This document shows, piece after piece, positions 13,417 to 23,659 of a stretch of 49,851 bases of DNA; positions within the stretch are counted from its first letter, which is position 1, and the number at the start of each line of letters is the position of its first letter. Source of the stretch: Gammaproteobacteria bacterium. Its GTDB lineage: Bacteria; Pseudomonadota; Gammaproteobacteria; Thiohalospirales; Thiohalospiraceae. Location: positions 1 through 49,851 of the forward strand of contig JAJRUX010000007.1 in the NCBI GenBank assembly GCA_024277575.1, read 5' to 3'. The notes beneath the pieces were generated by a model. That model did no database searches. It was not told the DNA's origin and was given only the letters and a program-made list of their open reading frames with translations. Both the position numbers and the translations under genes were made by a program.

Positions 13417-15173
13417 ATATCCGGCCCTATGCTGAGATGGATTCGCCAGGGTTTGCCCTCTTCCATGAAAGCGGAAGCCAGATCCAGACGCAAGGTGCCT
13501 ACCGGCAGAAACCAGTGCAGACCGAAACCTGCGCTCTGTTTGAGTTCAAAATCCGCAAATGAGTTGAAGGAGTTACCGGTGTCGAAAAAAGTTGCCAGAG
13601 CGAAGTTTTTGGCGATCGGAAATTCGTATTCAACACTTCCGGTCAACAGATGTTTACCGCCGATGGTTTTGCCATTGTTGTCTGTTGGCCCCAGGGAGGC
13701 ATAGCGGTAGCCGCGCACGCTGCGATCGCCGCCGGTAAAAAAGCGTTGTGAGGCGGGCAGCTCTGCCAGTTCCGCCAGCCAGCTGACACCGATATCTGCA
13801 CGGGAGATAAAACGACCGCTGTTTCCGAATGAGTGAATGAAGGTGGTGCCAAATTGGGTCTGGACAAAACTGGTGTTGGAGAGAAGTAGTTCTGTCGCAC
13901 CCTTCAGTGTTGCGCGGGCATGCCAGCCCCGCCGGGTATGGATGCGGTTGTCTGCTTTGATATATTGCAATGTGATCAACGGAATGAGCAGGGAGGAATA
14001 GTCCGATCGGTCCGCAATTCTGTAATCTTCTATCTCATAGCTGATCGCGACAGTGCGTTGCAGATAGCGCAGCTTGTGATTGGCGCTGATGCCTATTTTT
14101 CGTGTTCTTCGACTGCTGGTGCCGGTCTGTTCGTTTACCGATGCGGCGATCAGCTCCGAGAAATCGGTTTGTGGCCGTTCCAGGGGAATGCGGTAACGGG
14201 CAGAGGCCTCCTGACGGATCTCGGACAGTTTTACATCACCGCTTATCTTGTAGCCCAGATAGTTGTGGTAACGGCGTTCAATACCGAAACTGATACGCGG
14301 CCCTGTGTCGGTTCCGTAGCCCAGGCCGGTGGTGTAGCGGGTGGGTTTTCGTGGCTCAAGAATCACTGTGACGGGGATTTTTTTATCCCGGGTTTGATCG
14401 AGCAGTGGCTGGATATCGATACGTTGATAATAGCCGCTGTTGCTGAGTGCGCGCTGCAACTTGAGCAGTTTGTTGGCGTCATAGGGGTCATCGGTCTTGA
14501 AGGGCAGGTAACGTCGTAACATGCTTTCTTTTAGAATATCCTGCTGGAACTCCACTTCACCAAAACGGTAACGAGGGCCGGTGTTGACCGATAGTGCAAT
14601 GGTTGCCCTGTAGTTTTTCAGATCAACCAGAATCTCGTGCTGTTCCAGTTTCCGCTCCAGATATCCCCGCTCCTGCAGCAGCTGCAACAGTTCACTTTTG
14701 GCGTCTTCGTATGCCTGCTGGCGTAGAGCATCGCCTTTGCGCAGGGGAAAATGTTTTCGCCATTTTTTCAGGGCGGAGTCATTTTTCCCTGCACCATGAA
14801 TGGATATCTCTACCTGTGACAGTTTGATTGGCGGGCCTGGTTGAATCTGGTAACTTGCAAGCCAGCCATCGTTTGTGGCTTCCAGTCTGGATGTTATCTT
14901 TGGTTTGTAGTAGCCAAACGGCTGCAGGGCGATGCGGATCTCTTTCTCGGCTTTGCGGTGTAGGCGCCGGATGGTTTGTTCATCGAGAACTGTATCTCCT
15001 GCCTGGCGTTGCTGCAGACTGAGGTTTGCGTACACGTTGGTTTTCAGTTCGCCTTTGACGCCGCTTACTGATATTTTCAGTTTTGTGGCTTCAGCGTACG
15101 TTATGGAGCTGTTTGACAGGAGTATCAGGACAAGGAAAAACAGCCTCCCTGTTATCAGGAGGCTTTTTGACAT
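13413..15173 (-). CDS. tamA: autotransporter assembly complex protein TamA (Omp85 family)
   Basis: It has a signal peptide (MSKSLLITGRLFFLVLILLSNSSITYA), POTRA-like repeats and an Omp85 barrel with FFTGGDRSVRGY, ending IHLSIGPDM. I chose the ATG at 15173; the ORF track starts at a GTG at 15200. Confidence 0.88.
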   Translation of the reverse strand: MSKSLLITGRLFFLVLILLSNSSITYAEATKLKISVSGVKGELKTNVYANLSLQQRQAGDTVLDEQTIRRLHRKAEKEIRIALQPFGYYKPKITSRLEATNDGWLASYQIQPGPPIKLSQVEISIHGAGKNDSALKKWRKHFPLRKGDALRQQAYEDAKSELLQLLQERGYLERKLEQHEILVDLKNYRATIALSVNTGPRYRFGEVEFQQDILKESMLRRYLPFKTDDPYDANKLLKLQRALSNSGYYQRIDIQPLLDQTRDKKIPVTVILEPRKPTRYTTGLGYGTDTGPRISFGIERRYHNYLGYKISGDVKLSEIRQEASARYRIPLERPQTDFSELIAASVNEQTGTSSRRTRKIGISANHKLRYLQRTVAISYEIEDYRIADRSDYSSLLIPLITLQYIKADNRIHTRRGWHARATLKGATELLLSNTSFVQTQFGTTFIHSFGNSGRFISRADIGVSWLAELAELPASQRFFTGGDRSVRGYRYASLGPTDNNGKTIGGKHLLTGSVEYEFPIAKNFALATFFDTGNSFNSFADFELKQSAGFGLHWFLPVGTLRLDLASAFMEEGKPWRIHLSIGPDM

Positions 15174-15216
15174 AGTTCTTTTACGCACCGGTAGTGTCAC
15201 AAAAAAACCACTGTTT

Positions 15217-15840
15217 TCAGAGCTTCCGGTTGCTGCCGTTTTTTGTGGAACTGTTGTTACCGGGTTTCGCCAGCCCGCCGGTCAATACAAAACGCATGGC
15301 GTCCTCTTTGGGCAGATTGATGGTCTGTACCCGTGAGCGGGGCACCAGTACGGTATGTCCTCCTATCATGTAGCCCAGTGGAATATAGACCACAATATCA
15401 TCGACTGCCCCCATCTTTGCTGGCAGATCCGCCAGACTCTCCCGGGTGATGAAACCAATGACGCGCAGACCGTTATTCATGGATACGGTAACAACCTGTT
15501 GCGACTCTGTTTCTGATGTTCCGGAGATGAAGGACAGCAGATCCCGGATTGAACCGTAGATGGATTTAATCAGGGGAATACGGTACAGAACTCCCTCCCA
15601 CCAGGAAAAAATGGTGCGTACCAGCCAGGACTTCATCAGCAGACCAACGGAAAATACCAGCAACAGACTGATTGCGACGCCAGTTCCAGGCAGGTAGTAC
15701 TGCTCCGGCAGCACCATGCGCACAACGCGCCCCAGCAGGGATTCTGTGGTGACCGCCAACCAGTAAAGAAAATAGAGTGTGGCTGCAATCGGGACCAGGG
15801 TTACCAGGCCGGTGAGGAATGTTGTATTCAGTTTGGACAT
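15217..15840 (-). CDS. DUF502 family membrane protein
   Basis: The 207-aa product has two N-terminal TM helices and the conserved block YRIPLIKSIYGSIRDL. It lies immediately upstream of tamA on the same strand. Confidence 0.75.
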   Translation of the reverse strand: MSKLNTTFLTGLVTLVPIAATLYFLYWLAVTTESLLGRVVRMVLPEQYYLPGTGVAISLLLVFSVGLLMKSWLVRTIFSWWEGVLYRIPLIKSIYGSIRDLLSFISGTSETESQQVVTVSMNNGLRVIGFITRESLADLPAKMGAVDDIVVYIPLGYMIGGHTVLVPRSRVQTINLPKEDAMRFVLTGGLAKPGNNSSTKNGSNRKL

Positions 15841-15887
15841 TGATGATCTCCGATGAAGCTGTTGAGGTATATGAAGATGAAACTTCG

Positions 15888-17201
15888 TCAGCCTAAATCA
15901 GTACGATGGTATTTCGCGATCTCTGAAGCTGTTTCCTCTTTCAACCCGGCATTTTTTGCAAACTCCGGCCATCTTCTTACTGCATCGATTACCTCGTTGA
16001 TAATGTCTGCGGGCCTGGGGATGCCAATTGATTCGCCTGTTGTAACCAGATCTGTCCGGGTGAAATGATCCCGTTTGCCATTGATGCTCATTTGATGCTG
16101 GTTGGTCCATTTACCCGCCGGGTTGTGCGAATAGGTAACATCAAATGCCGGTGATAGTTTCCACTGTCCATTCTGCCCCATCAAAAAGGCAATATTTTTG
16201 GTGTGATCATCCAGATTGCGCGCAATCACATTGAACAACATCCGCCGGTATTGTTGTATTGCATCGGCCCTGTTTAAACGCAGCTTGCGCATGACAGCGA
16301 AGGCCTGTTCGTAGCTGTATGCGCCTGCCATGTTGAAATCATAATGCGCGATGCCACACAGTGACTGCATGTGGATTTTTTTACCGTGTAACCGATCAAA
16401 GCGCCGGGTCATGAAATGTGCGCGTCCGTTCTCTTCCAGCAGCCGGCACTCCATCATTACCATGTCTGCGGCCCTGGCCATCAGATAGTAGGCGAATTCA
16501 ATACGGCCAAACTCTTTTGGTTCGCCCAGCTCAAGATCCGTCACGCCATCAAATTTCAGCAACCAGTAATCGTATCCGGCCGGGGCGTCACCCTGTCCCG
16601 ATATGACACTGCCGTTATCATTCATGGCGATGACGGCTTTGGGTCGTGCGCCCCCGGCAGAGGTACCGACACGGAGAATATCCATAATAGCTTCGCTGTT
16701 TTCCGTTTCTGAATCTCCCAGTGTTACATCAAGAGCCATCCGTTGCGAGATGATTTTTTGCGCCAGTTTGACAAGCTCCGAAACTTCAATGGTTACCGGA
16801 CGATTGAATTTCTTCATGGTGGGCGGTGAGAACTCCAGCGCTCCCATGCTACGTTTTCCGGTATAGCAAAGACGCTCGACCGGACTGAAATCAGCGGCAT
16901 CCCGCCCATTGCAGGCAAGCCAGGCATCGATGATGCTGTTGCCAAATTTGTCGGGTAGTGCATCTGCCAGTAGACCGGGCAGGCCGAGGAAGGTTTCCCT
17001 GTTCAGGACGGGAAAAGAGAAAATGCCGTCGCCTTGCCTGGCTGCACCCAGGCTCATGTGGATGGGGGAGATGTCCAATCCCTTTTTAAGGAAAGCCGGG
17101 TCATACTCGAATATGCCATAGCTGCGTTCAGCAAGCCAGGAGATTGCGCCGACATCGCTTCCCCATAATCTGACAATAGCGGTATCAATCCTGTTTACCA
17201 C
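15888..17201 (-). CDS. hipA: type II toxin HipA-family serine/threonine kinase
   Basis: The 437-aa product has the N-terminal HipA coupling region, the P-loop-like VGTSAGGARPKAV and the catalytic ARNLDDHTKNIAF. Its GTG start overlaps the hipB stop by 7 nt. Confidence 0.9.
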   Translation of the reverse strand: MVNRIDTAIVRLWGSDVGAISWLAERSYGIFEYDPAFLKKGLDISPIHMSLGAARQGDGIFSFPVLNRETFLGLPGLLADALPDKFGNSIIDAWLACNGRDAADFSPVERLCYTGKRSMGALEFSPPTMKKFNRPVTIEVSELVKLAQKIISQRMALDVTLGDSETENSEAIMDILRVGTSAGGARPKAVIAMNDNGSVISGQGDAPAGYDYWLLKFDGVTDLELGEPKEFGRIEFAYYLMARAADMVMMECRLLEENGRAHFMTRRFDRLHGKKIHMQSLCGIAHYDFNMAGAYSYEQAFAVMRKLRLNRADAIQQYRRMLFNVIARNLDDHTKNIAFLMGQNGQWKLSPAFDVTYSHNPAGKWTNQHQMSINGKRDHFTRTDLVTTGESIGIPRPADIINEVIDAVRRWPEFAKNAGLKEETASEIAKYHRTDLG

Positions 17202-17521
17202 CCGATATCTTCCTTCGAGGTCTGATGCCTGCCAGATGCCCGTTGCCGTTTTTTACCGCGCATCCTGGCCAGTTGGAGAGGACTGATCCCGGGTTCAGGG
17301 ATAAAGTTGTCCAAGTCGTGCAACACCCCCAGTTCGCGCAGTACCGCGATAAGTGTGGTGAGTTTTCCTCTTCCTGACTCCAGTGATTTTATCGAATTCA
17401 ATGACAGTGACGTTGCTTCTGCCAGCTGTTGCTGGGTCACATTCTTTCGCAGGCGGAGTGACTTGATACGGTGACCAAGTTCAGCTGCGATACCTTTGTC
17501 TGTCATTGTATAATAATCCAT
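17195..17521 (-). CDS. hipB: HipB-type antitoxin, XRE-family HTH
   Basis: It has the HTH segment LRKNVTQQQLAEATSLSLNSIKSLESG. A basic disordered tail ends in Trp (KEDIGW), as E. coli HipB does (LEW). It lies directly upstream of and overlapping hipA. The start could instead be the internal Met (MTDKG). Confidence 0.85.
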   Translation of the reverse strand: MDYYTMTDKGIAAELGHRIKSLRLRKNVTQQQLAEATSLSLNSIKSLESGRGKLTTLIAVLRELGVLHDLDNFIPEPGISPLQLARMRGKKRQRASGRHQTSKEDIGW

Positions 17522-17774
17522 AACAATTAATTCTAAGTCTATATGAGGTTTTTTAAATCAATTAGAGCCCAATAAAAGGCTATTATAACATAAAATCGCG
17601 TTAACTCAAGATGGGGTATTGTTTAACGGTCTTAATAAGGTCTATATTGTTAATAAATAATGGGTAATGGGCCAAAAGAAGTCTGTTATCGAGGGATTTC
17701 TGGTCAGTGGGTGACGGACAACTATCAGCTGCAGTAGTTGATGAAAAGGGTAGAGGTGATGTGCCGCAGGTAAT

Positions 17775-19257
<1,483 letters not shown>

Positions 19258-19261
<4 letters not shown>

Positions 19262-20079
19262 ATATCACGCAGCAGTTCGTTTATGCTTACCTTGGAGCGG
19301 GTTTTTTCATCCACCTGCTTGACGATTACGGCGCAGTAGAGGCTGTAACTGCCGTCTTTGGAGGGCAGGTTGCCGGACACCACTACCGAGCCGGCGGGGA
19401 TGCGGCCATAGCTCACCTCACCGGTTTCGCGGTTGTAGATTTTTGTGCTCTGGCCGATATAGACCCCCATCGAGATCACCGATCCCTGTTCCACGATGAC
19501 CCCTTCCACTACTTCGGAGCGGGCGCCGATGAAGCAGTTGTCCTCGATGATGGTGGGGTTGGCCTGCAGTGGCTCCAGCACGCCGCCGATGCCAACGCCG
19601 CCGGAAAGGTGGACATTCTTGCCAATCTGGGCGCAGGAACCGACGGTGGCCCATGTATCCACCATGGTGCCACTGTCCACATAAGCGCCGATGTTGACAT
19701 AAGATGGCATCAGAACCACGCTGGGGGCGATGTAGGAGCCCTTGCGCACGGTAGCGGGAGGTACCACGCGCACGCCGCTTTCCCGGAAGTCTCGTGCGCT
19801 GTAGTCGGAGTATTTGGAGTCCACCTTGTCATAGTAGTTGGTGAAAGCGCCCTCCATGAAACGATTGTCTGCAATGCGGAACGAGAGCAGCACCGCCTTT
19901 TTCAGCCACTGGTGTACTACCCACTCCCCATCTTTTTTCTCCGCAACACGCAGCTTGCCGCTGTCCAGCAAGTGGATGGCATCTTCCACCGCCTCCTTGA
20001 CGTGGGTGTCCACGCTGCGTGGCGTGATTTCGGCACGGTTTTCAAAGGACTGCTCAATGACATTCTGAATATCGTTCAT
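19258..20079 (-). CDS. dapD: 2,3,4,5-tetrahydropyridine-2,6-dicarboxylate N-succinyltransferase
   Basis: The product has hexapeptide repeats and is 273 aa from the ATG at 20079 ([10 protein letters not shown]). A GGAGAG Shine-Dalgarno lies 4 nt upstream. The longer ORF-track start at 20142 overlaps dapC. Confidence 0.94.
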
Positions 20080-20090
20080 GAATCTCTCCG

Positions 20091-21290
20091 TTAGTAATTT
20101 GTTTCTATAAAATTCCGGATGCGTTTTGCCGCATCGATGCACTCTTCCAGCGGTGCCACCAGCGCCATGCGCACCCGGTTCTGTCCCGGATTGATTCCGT
20201 GCGCCTTGCGGGACAGATAGCTGCCTGGCAGTACGGTAATATTTTGTTGGGCATACAGTTCACGGGCAAAATCGGTGTCGCCGGATTCTGTTCTGGCCCA
20301 GAGATAGAAGCCTGCCTCGGGTTGGCTGACCTTCATTGCCGGGGACAGAATCTCCAATACGGCGGCAAATTTCTGCTGATACAGGCACCGGTTTTCGATT
20401 ACATGCTGCTCATCGCCCCATGCCTTGATGCTGGCTGCCTGGGTAGAGGGTGGCATGGCGCTGCCGTGGTAGGTTCGATAGAGCAGAAATTTCTCGATAA
20501 TCTCTGCGTCACCGGCGACAAATCCGGAACGCAGGCCCGGGACGTTGGAACGCTTTGACAGGCTGTGAAATACAACGCAGCGTCGGAAATCGCGCCGTCC
20601 CATTTCTGCGGCTGCTTGTAGCGCTCCTGCTGGCGGGTTGTGTTCATCGAAATAGATTTCGGAGTAACACTCGTCGGAGGCGATAATGAAATCGTGCTCA
20701 TCTGCCAGTTGAATCAGTCGTTGCAGTGAGGCCAGATCAACAACCGCGCCGGTGGGGTTGCTTGGTGAGCAGAGATAAACCAGTTGGCAGCGCTGCCAGA
20801 CCGCATCGGGCACGGTGCTGAAATCTGGCAGAAAATTGTTTTCTGCAGTGGTGTTCAGATACCAGGGCTCGGCGCCAGCCAGCAGTGCCGCCCCCTCATA
20901 TATTTGATAGAAGGGGTTGGGCATGATGACAATCGGTCGGGCAGAGCGGTCTACTACCGTCTGGGCGAATGCAAACAGCGCCTCACGGGTGCCATTGACT
21001 GGCAGTACCTGCCGCTCCGGATCAATGGCATTGCGCCCAAGGCCATAACGCCGGATCAGCCAGTGTGCTATGGTTTCCCGCAGTACCGGACTGCCCTTGG
21101 TAAGCGGATAGGAAGAGAGCCCATGCAGATGGACAAGCAACTCCTGGGCGATAAAGTGGGGCGGTGTATGGCGCGGTTCCCCGATAGAGAGCGGAATGTG
21201 GTCCCTGTCCCGTGGCGGGGTGATACCCTCTTTCAGCCGTGTGAGCTTGGCAAAGGGATAGGGATGCAGTTTGTTCAGTTCGGGATTCAT
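20091..21290 (-). CDS. dapC: succinyldiaminopimelate transaminase (class I/II aminotransferase, DapC type)
   Basis: The N-terminus [16 protein letters not shown] and the PLP-lysine region [15 protein letters not shown] fit this family, and the gene heads the dapD-yffB-dapE cluster. Confidence 0.85.
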   Translation of the reverse strand: MNPELNKLHPYPFAKLTRLKEGITPPRDRDHIPLSIGEPRHTPPHFIAQELLVHLHGLSSYPLTKGSPVLRETIAHWLIRRYGLGRNAIDPERQVLPVNGTREALFAFAQTVVDRSARPIVIMPNPFYQIYEGAALLAGAEPWYLNTTAENNFLPDFSTVPDAVWQRCQLVYLCSPSNPTGAVVDLASLQRLIQLADEHDFIIASDECYSEIYFDEHNPPAGALQAAAEMGRRDFRRCVVFHSLSKRSNVPGLRSGFVAGDAEIIEKFLLYRTYHGSAMPPSTQAASIKAWGDEQHVIENRCLYQQKFAAVLEILSPAMKVSQPEAGFYLWARTESGDTDFARELYAQQNITVLPGSYLSRKAHGINPGQNRVRMALVAPLEECIDAAKRIRNFIETNY

Positions 21291-21307
21291 AAAGCGGAAC
21301 AGTATAA

Positions 21308-22192
21308 ATGATGGCGTCTAAACACGAAACTACAGCACTGCCGGTTCTGGCCCTGTTGTTCAGCGCCACCATCTGGGGCGTGATGTGGTATCCACTACGT
21401 CTGTTCGAAGCACAGGGGTTGGGTGGTCTCTGGGTTACCTTCATCTTCTTTGCGGCTGCGACAGCGGTCGGCATGGCCATGATGTCACGTTACCTGGGTG
21501 AGCTGCGCAATCAGCCCTGGATAGCGCTGGGTATTGCGCTGGCCAGTGGCTGGTGCAATACCACTTTCAATCTGGCCATGCTGGAGGGGAATGTGATGCG
21601 CATGCTGTTGCTGTTCTATCTGTCTCCTCTGTGGGCAACCCTCATTGGATGGGGATTCATGGGGGAGCGGCTGACTCCTCTTTCCATACTGCTGCTGGTA
21701 GTTTCCGGTCTGGGAGCGCTGTTCATGCTTTGGCAGCCCGGCATGATGATTCCCTGGCCGGCCGACAGGGCAGACTGGTTGGCAATCAGCTCCGGGATGG
21801 CCTTCGCGGTTCTGAATGCGCTGGTGCGGCAGGGACAGCAGATCAACATTCCGGCGAAAATGCTCGCCAGCTGGCTCGGCGTATTGCTGGTAGCAGGGGC
21901 GTGGATCGCAATGTCGGGGGGATCCACGCCAAAGGTGGAGCCTGAGGTGATCGGTGCGGCCGTGGCGTTTGGCGCCGTGGTGATTGTCATCGCGACGCTC
22001 TGTGTGCAGTATGGCGTCACACACATGCCGGTGCATCGCTCGGCGGTTATCCTGCTGTTTGAACTGGTAGCGGGAGCACTTTCTGCCTGGTTGTTGACAG
22101 ATGAAGTTATAACGGTGAAAGAGTGGTTGGGAGGGAGCCTGATTGTGGCGGCAGCGGTAATATCTGCACGGGCGCACCTTCGCTCGGAGTAG
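21308..22192 (+). CDS. EamA/DMT-family transporter
   Basis: The 294-aa product has about 10 predicted TM helices in two EamA-like halves. Confidence 0.8.
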   Translation: MMASKHETTALPVLALLFSATIWGVMWYPLRLFEAQGLGGLWVTFIFFAAATAVGMAMMSRYLGELRNQPWIALGIALASGWCNTTFNLAMLEGNVMRMLLLFYLSPLWATLIGWGFMGERLTPLSILLLVVSGLGALFMLWQPGMMIPWPADRADWLAISSGMAFAVLNALVRQGQQINIPAKMLASWLGVLLVAGAWIAMSGGSTPKVEPEVIGAAVAFGAVVIVIATLCVQYGVTHMPVHRSAVILLFELVAGALSAWLLTDEVITVKEWLGGSLIVAAAVISARAHLRSE

Positions 22193-22212
22193 TGCTGCTC
22201 AATTGGCCGTTT

Positions 22213-22380
22213 CTAAAGAATATAGGGAGTATTTTTACGGTGCTGTTTATTGGTTGTGACGATGTCACTTGAATCCTCACTGTCATCGGATTCGGAAACA
22301 AATTGCCGCGCCGCGCCGCAGAATATGAATGTCATGAAAACGGATACTGTCAGCCATACCAATAATAGTATTTCGAACAC
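22213..22380 (-). CDS. possible small membrane protein (55 aa), not in the ORF track
   Basis: Read from a GTG start: (M)FEILLLVWLTVSVFMTFIFCGAARQFVSESDDSEDSSDIVTTNKQHRKNTPYIL*. It has one clear TM helix and an acidic tail. Only a weak GGGG lies 8 nt upstream, and I recognise no homology. Confidence 0.2.
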   Translation of the reverse strand: MFEILLLVWLTVSVFMTFIFCGAARQFVSESDDSEDSSDIVTTNKQHRKNTPYIL

Positions 22381-22624
22381 GGAAACACCCCACTGCCAAC
22401 CAGGAAATTATTATTTCATAATAGTCGGCCACAATTGGCAATAACTTTAACTATTTCTCACTTTCTGCCATCGTGGGCCTGGTTTTGGTGTTTTTTGCTT
22501 TTTTGTTGTAACTTCGCACTTGAATCTACTCGGGATTTTCCCTGAGCTGGAATCAACGTGTTGATGTATAAAAATGTTCTACCATTTTAATGGAACTGAA
22601 ATCCAGAGTTGAAGGAGTATTAGG

Positions 22625-23659
22625 GTGAAGGAACTGATTCTAACCGGGTTTTTGCTGGTCTCGATGGTATGCGCTGGCCAGTTGGCACTGGCCGAGATGG
22701 CAACGCCAATAGCTGAGGCCAATCTGGTGGAAAGTGAAACCGTGAAGATTGGGGGGAGTGTCGTTGACTGGCTGAACAAGCCGCTGTTTACCCTGAATGG
22801 GTCAGCGGTTACCATTTCAGGACTATTTCGTGCGCTGCTGATCTTTCTGTTTGCCATTGTCATCTCCCGGTTGCTACAGCGCTTGCTGAAGAAATTCTCG
22901 CAGAACCAGAAGAGTATCAATGAGGCGGCTGTCTACACCATAGGGCGCGTGTCCCACTATTTCATTCTCACTATCGGATTCTTTTTTGCGGCTTCTTCTC
23001 TGGGTATCAATCTCAGCAATCTGGCCATCATCGCGGGTGCACTTGGCGTTGGTGTTGGCATGGGGTTGCAGAATGTGGTCAACAACTTTGTTTCTGGTCT
23101 TATTCTTTTGTTTGAGCGCAGTCTGAAGGTGGGGGATTTTATTGAACTCTCTTCCGGGGTAATGGGTACCGTCCGTGAGATCAGTATTCGCAGCACATTG
23201 ATTACCACCAATGACAATGTTGATATCGTAATTCCCAATTCGGAATTTATCTCTTCCAGCGTAACCAACTGGACCATGAAAGATGCAAGTTGCCGATTGC
23301 GAATCCCCTTTGGGGTTGCCTACGGCACCGACAAGGAGCTGGTGAGAAAAGCGGTACTGGAAGCGGCAGAGAGAGTAAAACTTCATGTTACACAACTACC
23401 CCAGCGACAGCCCAAGGTGTGGTTGGTAAACTTTGGTGACTCCAGCCTCGATTTTGAACTGGTTATCTGGCTTACCCCCCGAAGTGTGCGCCATCCGGAG
23501 AAGGTAAATGCTGCTTATTTATGGGAGATTGAAAACTCCCTTTCCCAATATGGCATCGAGATTCCTTTCCCGCAGCGGGATCTGCATGTGCGCAGTTGGC
23601 AGGTGGAAAGGCCAATTGCTGTTTCAGAAGCGCCGGCTGAGTTGCAAACCAAAAATTGA
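22625..23659 (+). CDS. mechanosensitive ion channel family protein (MscS type)
   Basis: It has a GTG start preceded by GAAGGAG and a signal-like N-terminus. The pore/TM3 signature GALGVGVGMGLQNVVNNFVSGLILLFERSLKVGDFIE is present. Confidence 0.9.
   Translation: MKELILTGFLLVSMVCAGQLALAEMATPIAEANLVESETVKIGGSVVDWLNKPLFTLNGSAVTISGLFRALLIFLFAIVISRLLQRLLKKFSQNQKSINEAAVYTIGRVSHYFILTIGFFFAASSLGINLSNLAIIAGALGVGVGMGLQNVVNNFVSGLILLFERSLKVGDFIELSSGVMGTVREISIRSTLITTNDNVDIVIPNSEFISSSVTNWTMKDASCRLRIPFGVAYGTDKELVRKAVLEAAERVKLHVTQLPQRQPKVWLVNFGDSSLDFELVIWLTPRSVRHPEKVNAAYLWEIENSLSQYGIEIPFPQRDLHVRSWQVERPIAVSEAPAELQTKN

Noticed and set aside
22250-22444. A 64-aa plus-strand ORF in the EamA-mscS gap.
   Set aside because: It has no Shine-Dalgarno. 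Its Ser/Thr/Asn-rich composition is implausible and it has no structural features. The minus-strand small TM ORF explains the open frames better, though that call is also weak.
22552-22565. The near-palindrome ATCAAC-GT-GTTGAT next to a TATAAA upstream of mscS.
   Set aside because: On checking, it has only 6-bp arms with a 2-nt spacer and is not a perfect 14-mer. Such repeats are expected by chance in a 50-kb window.
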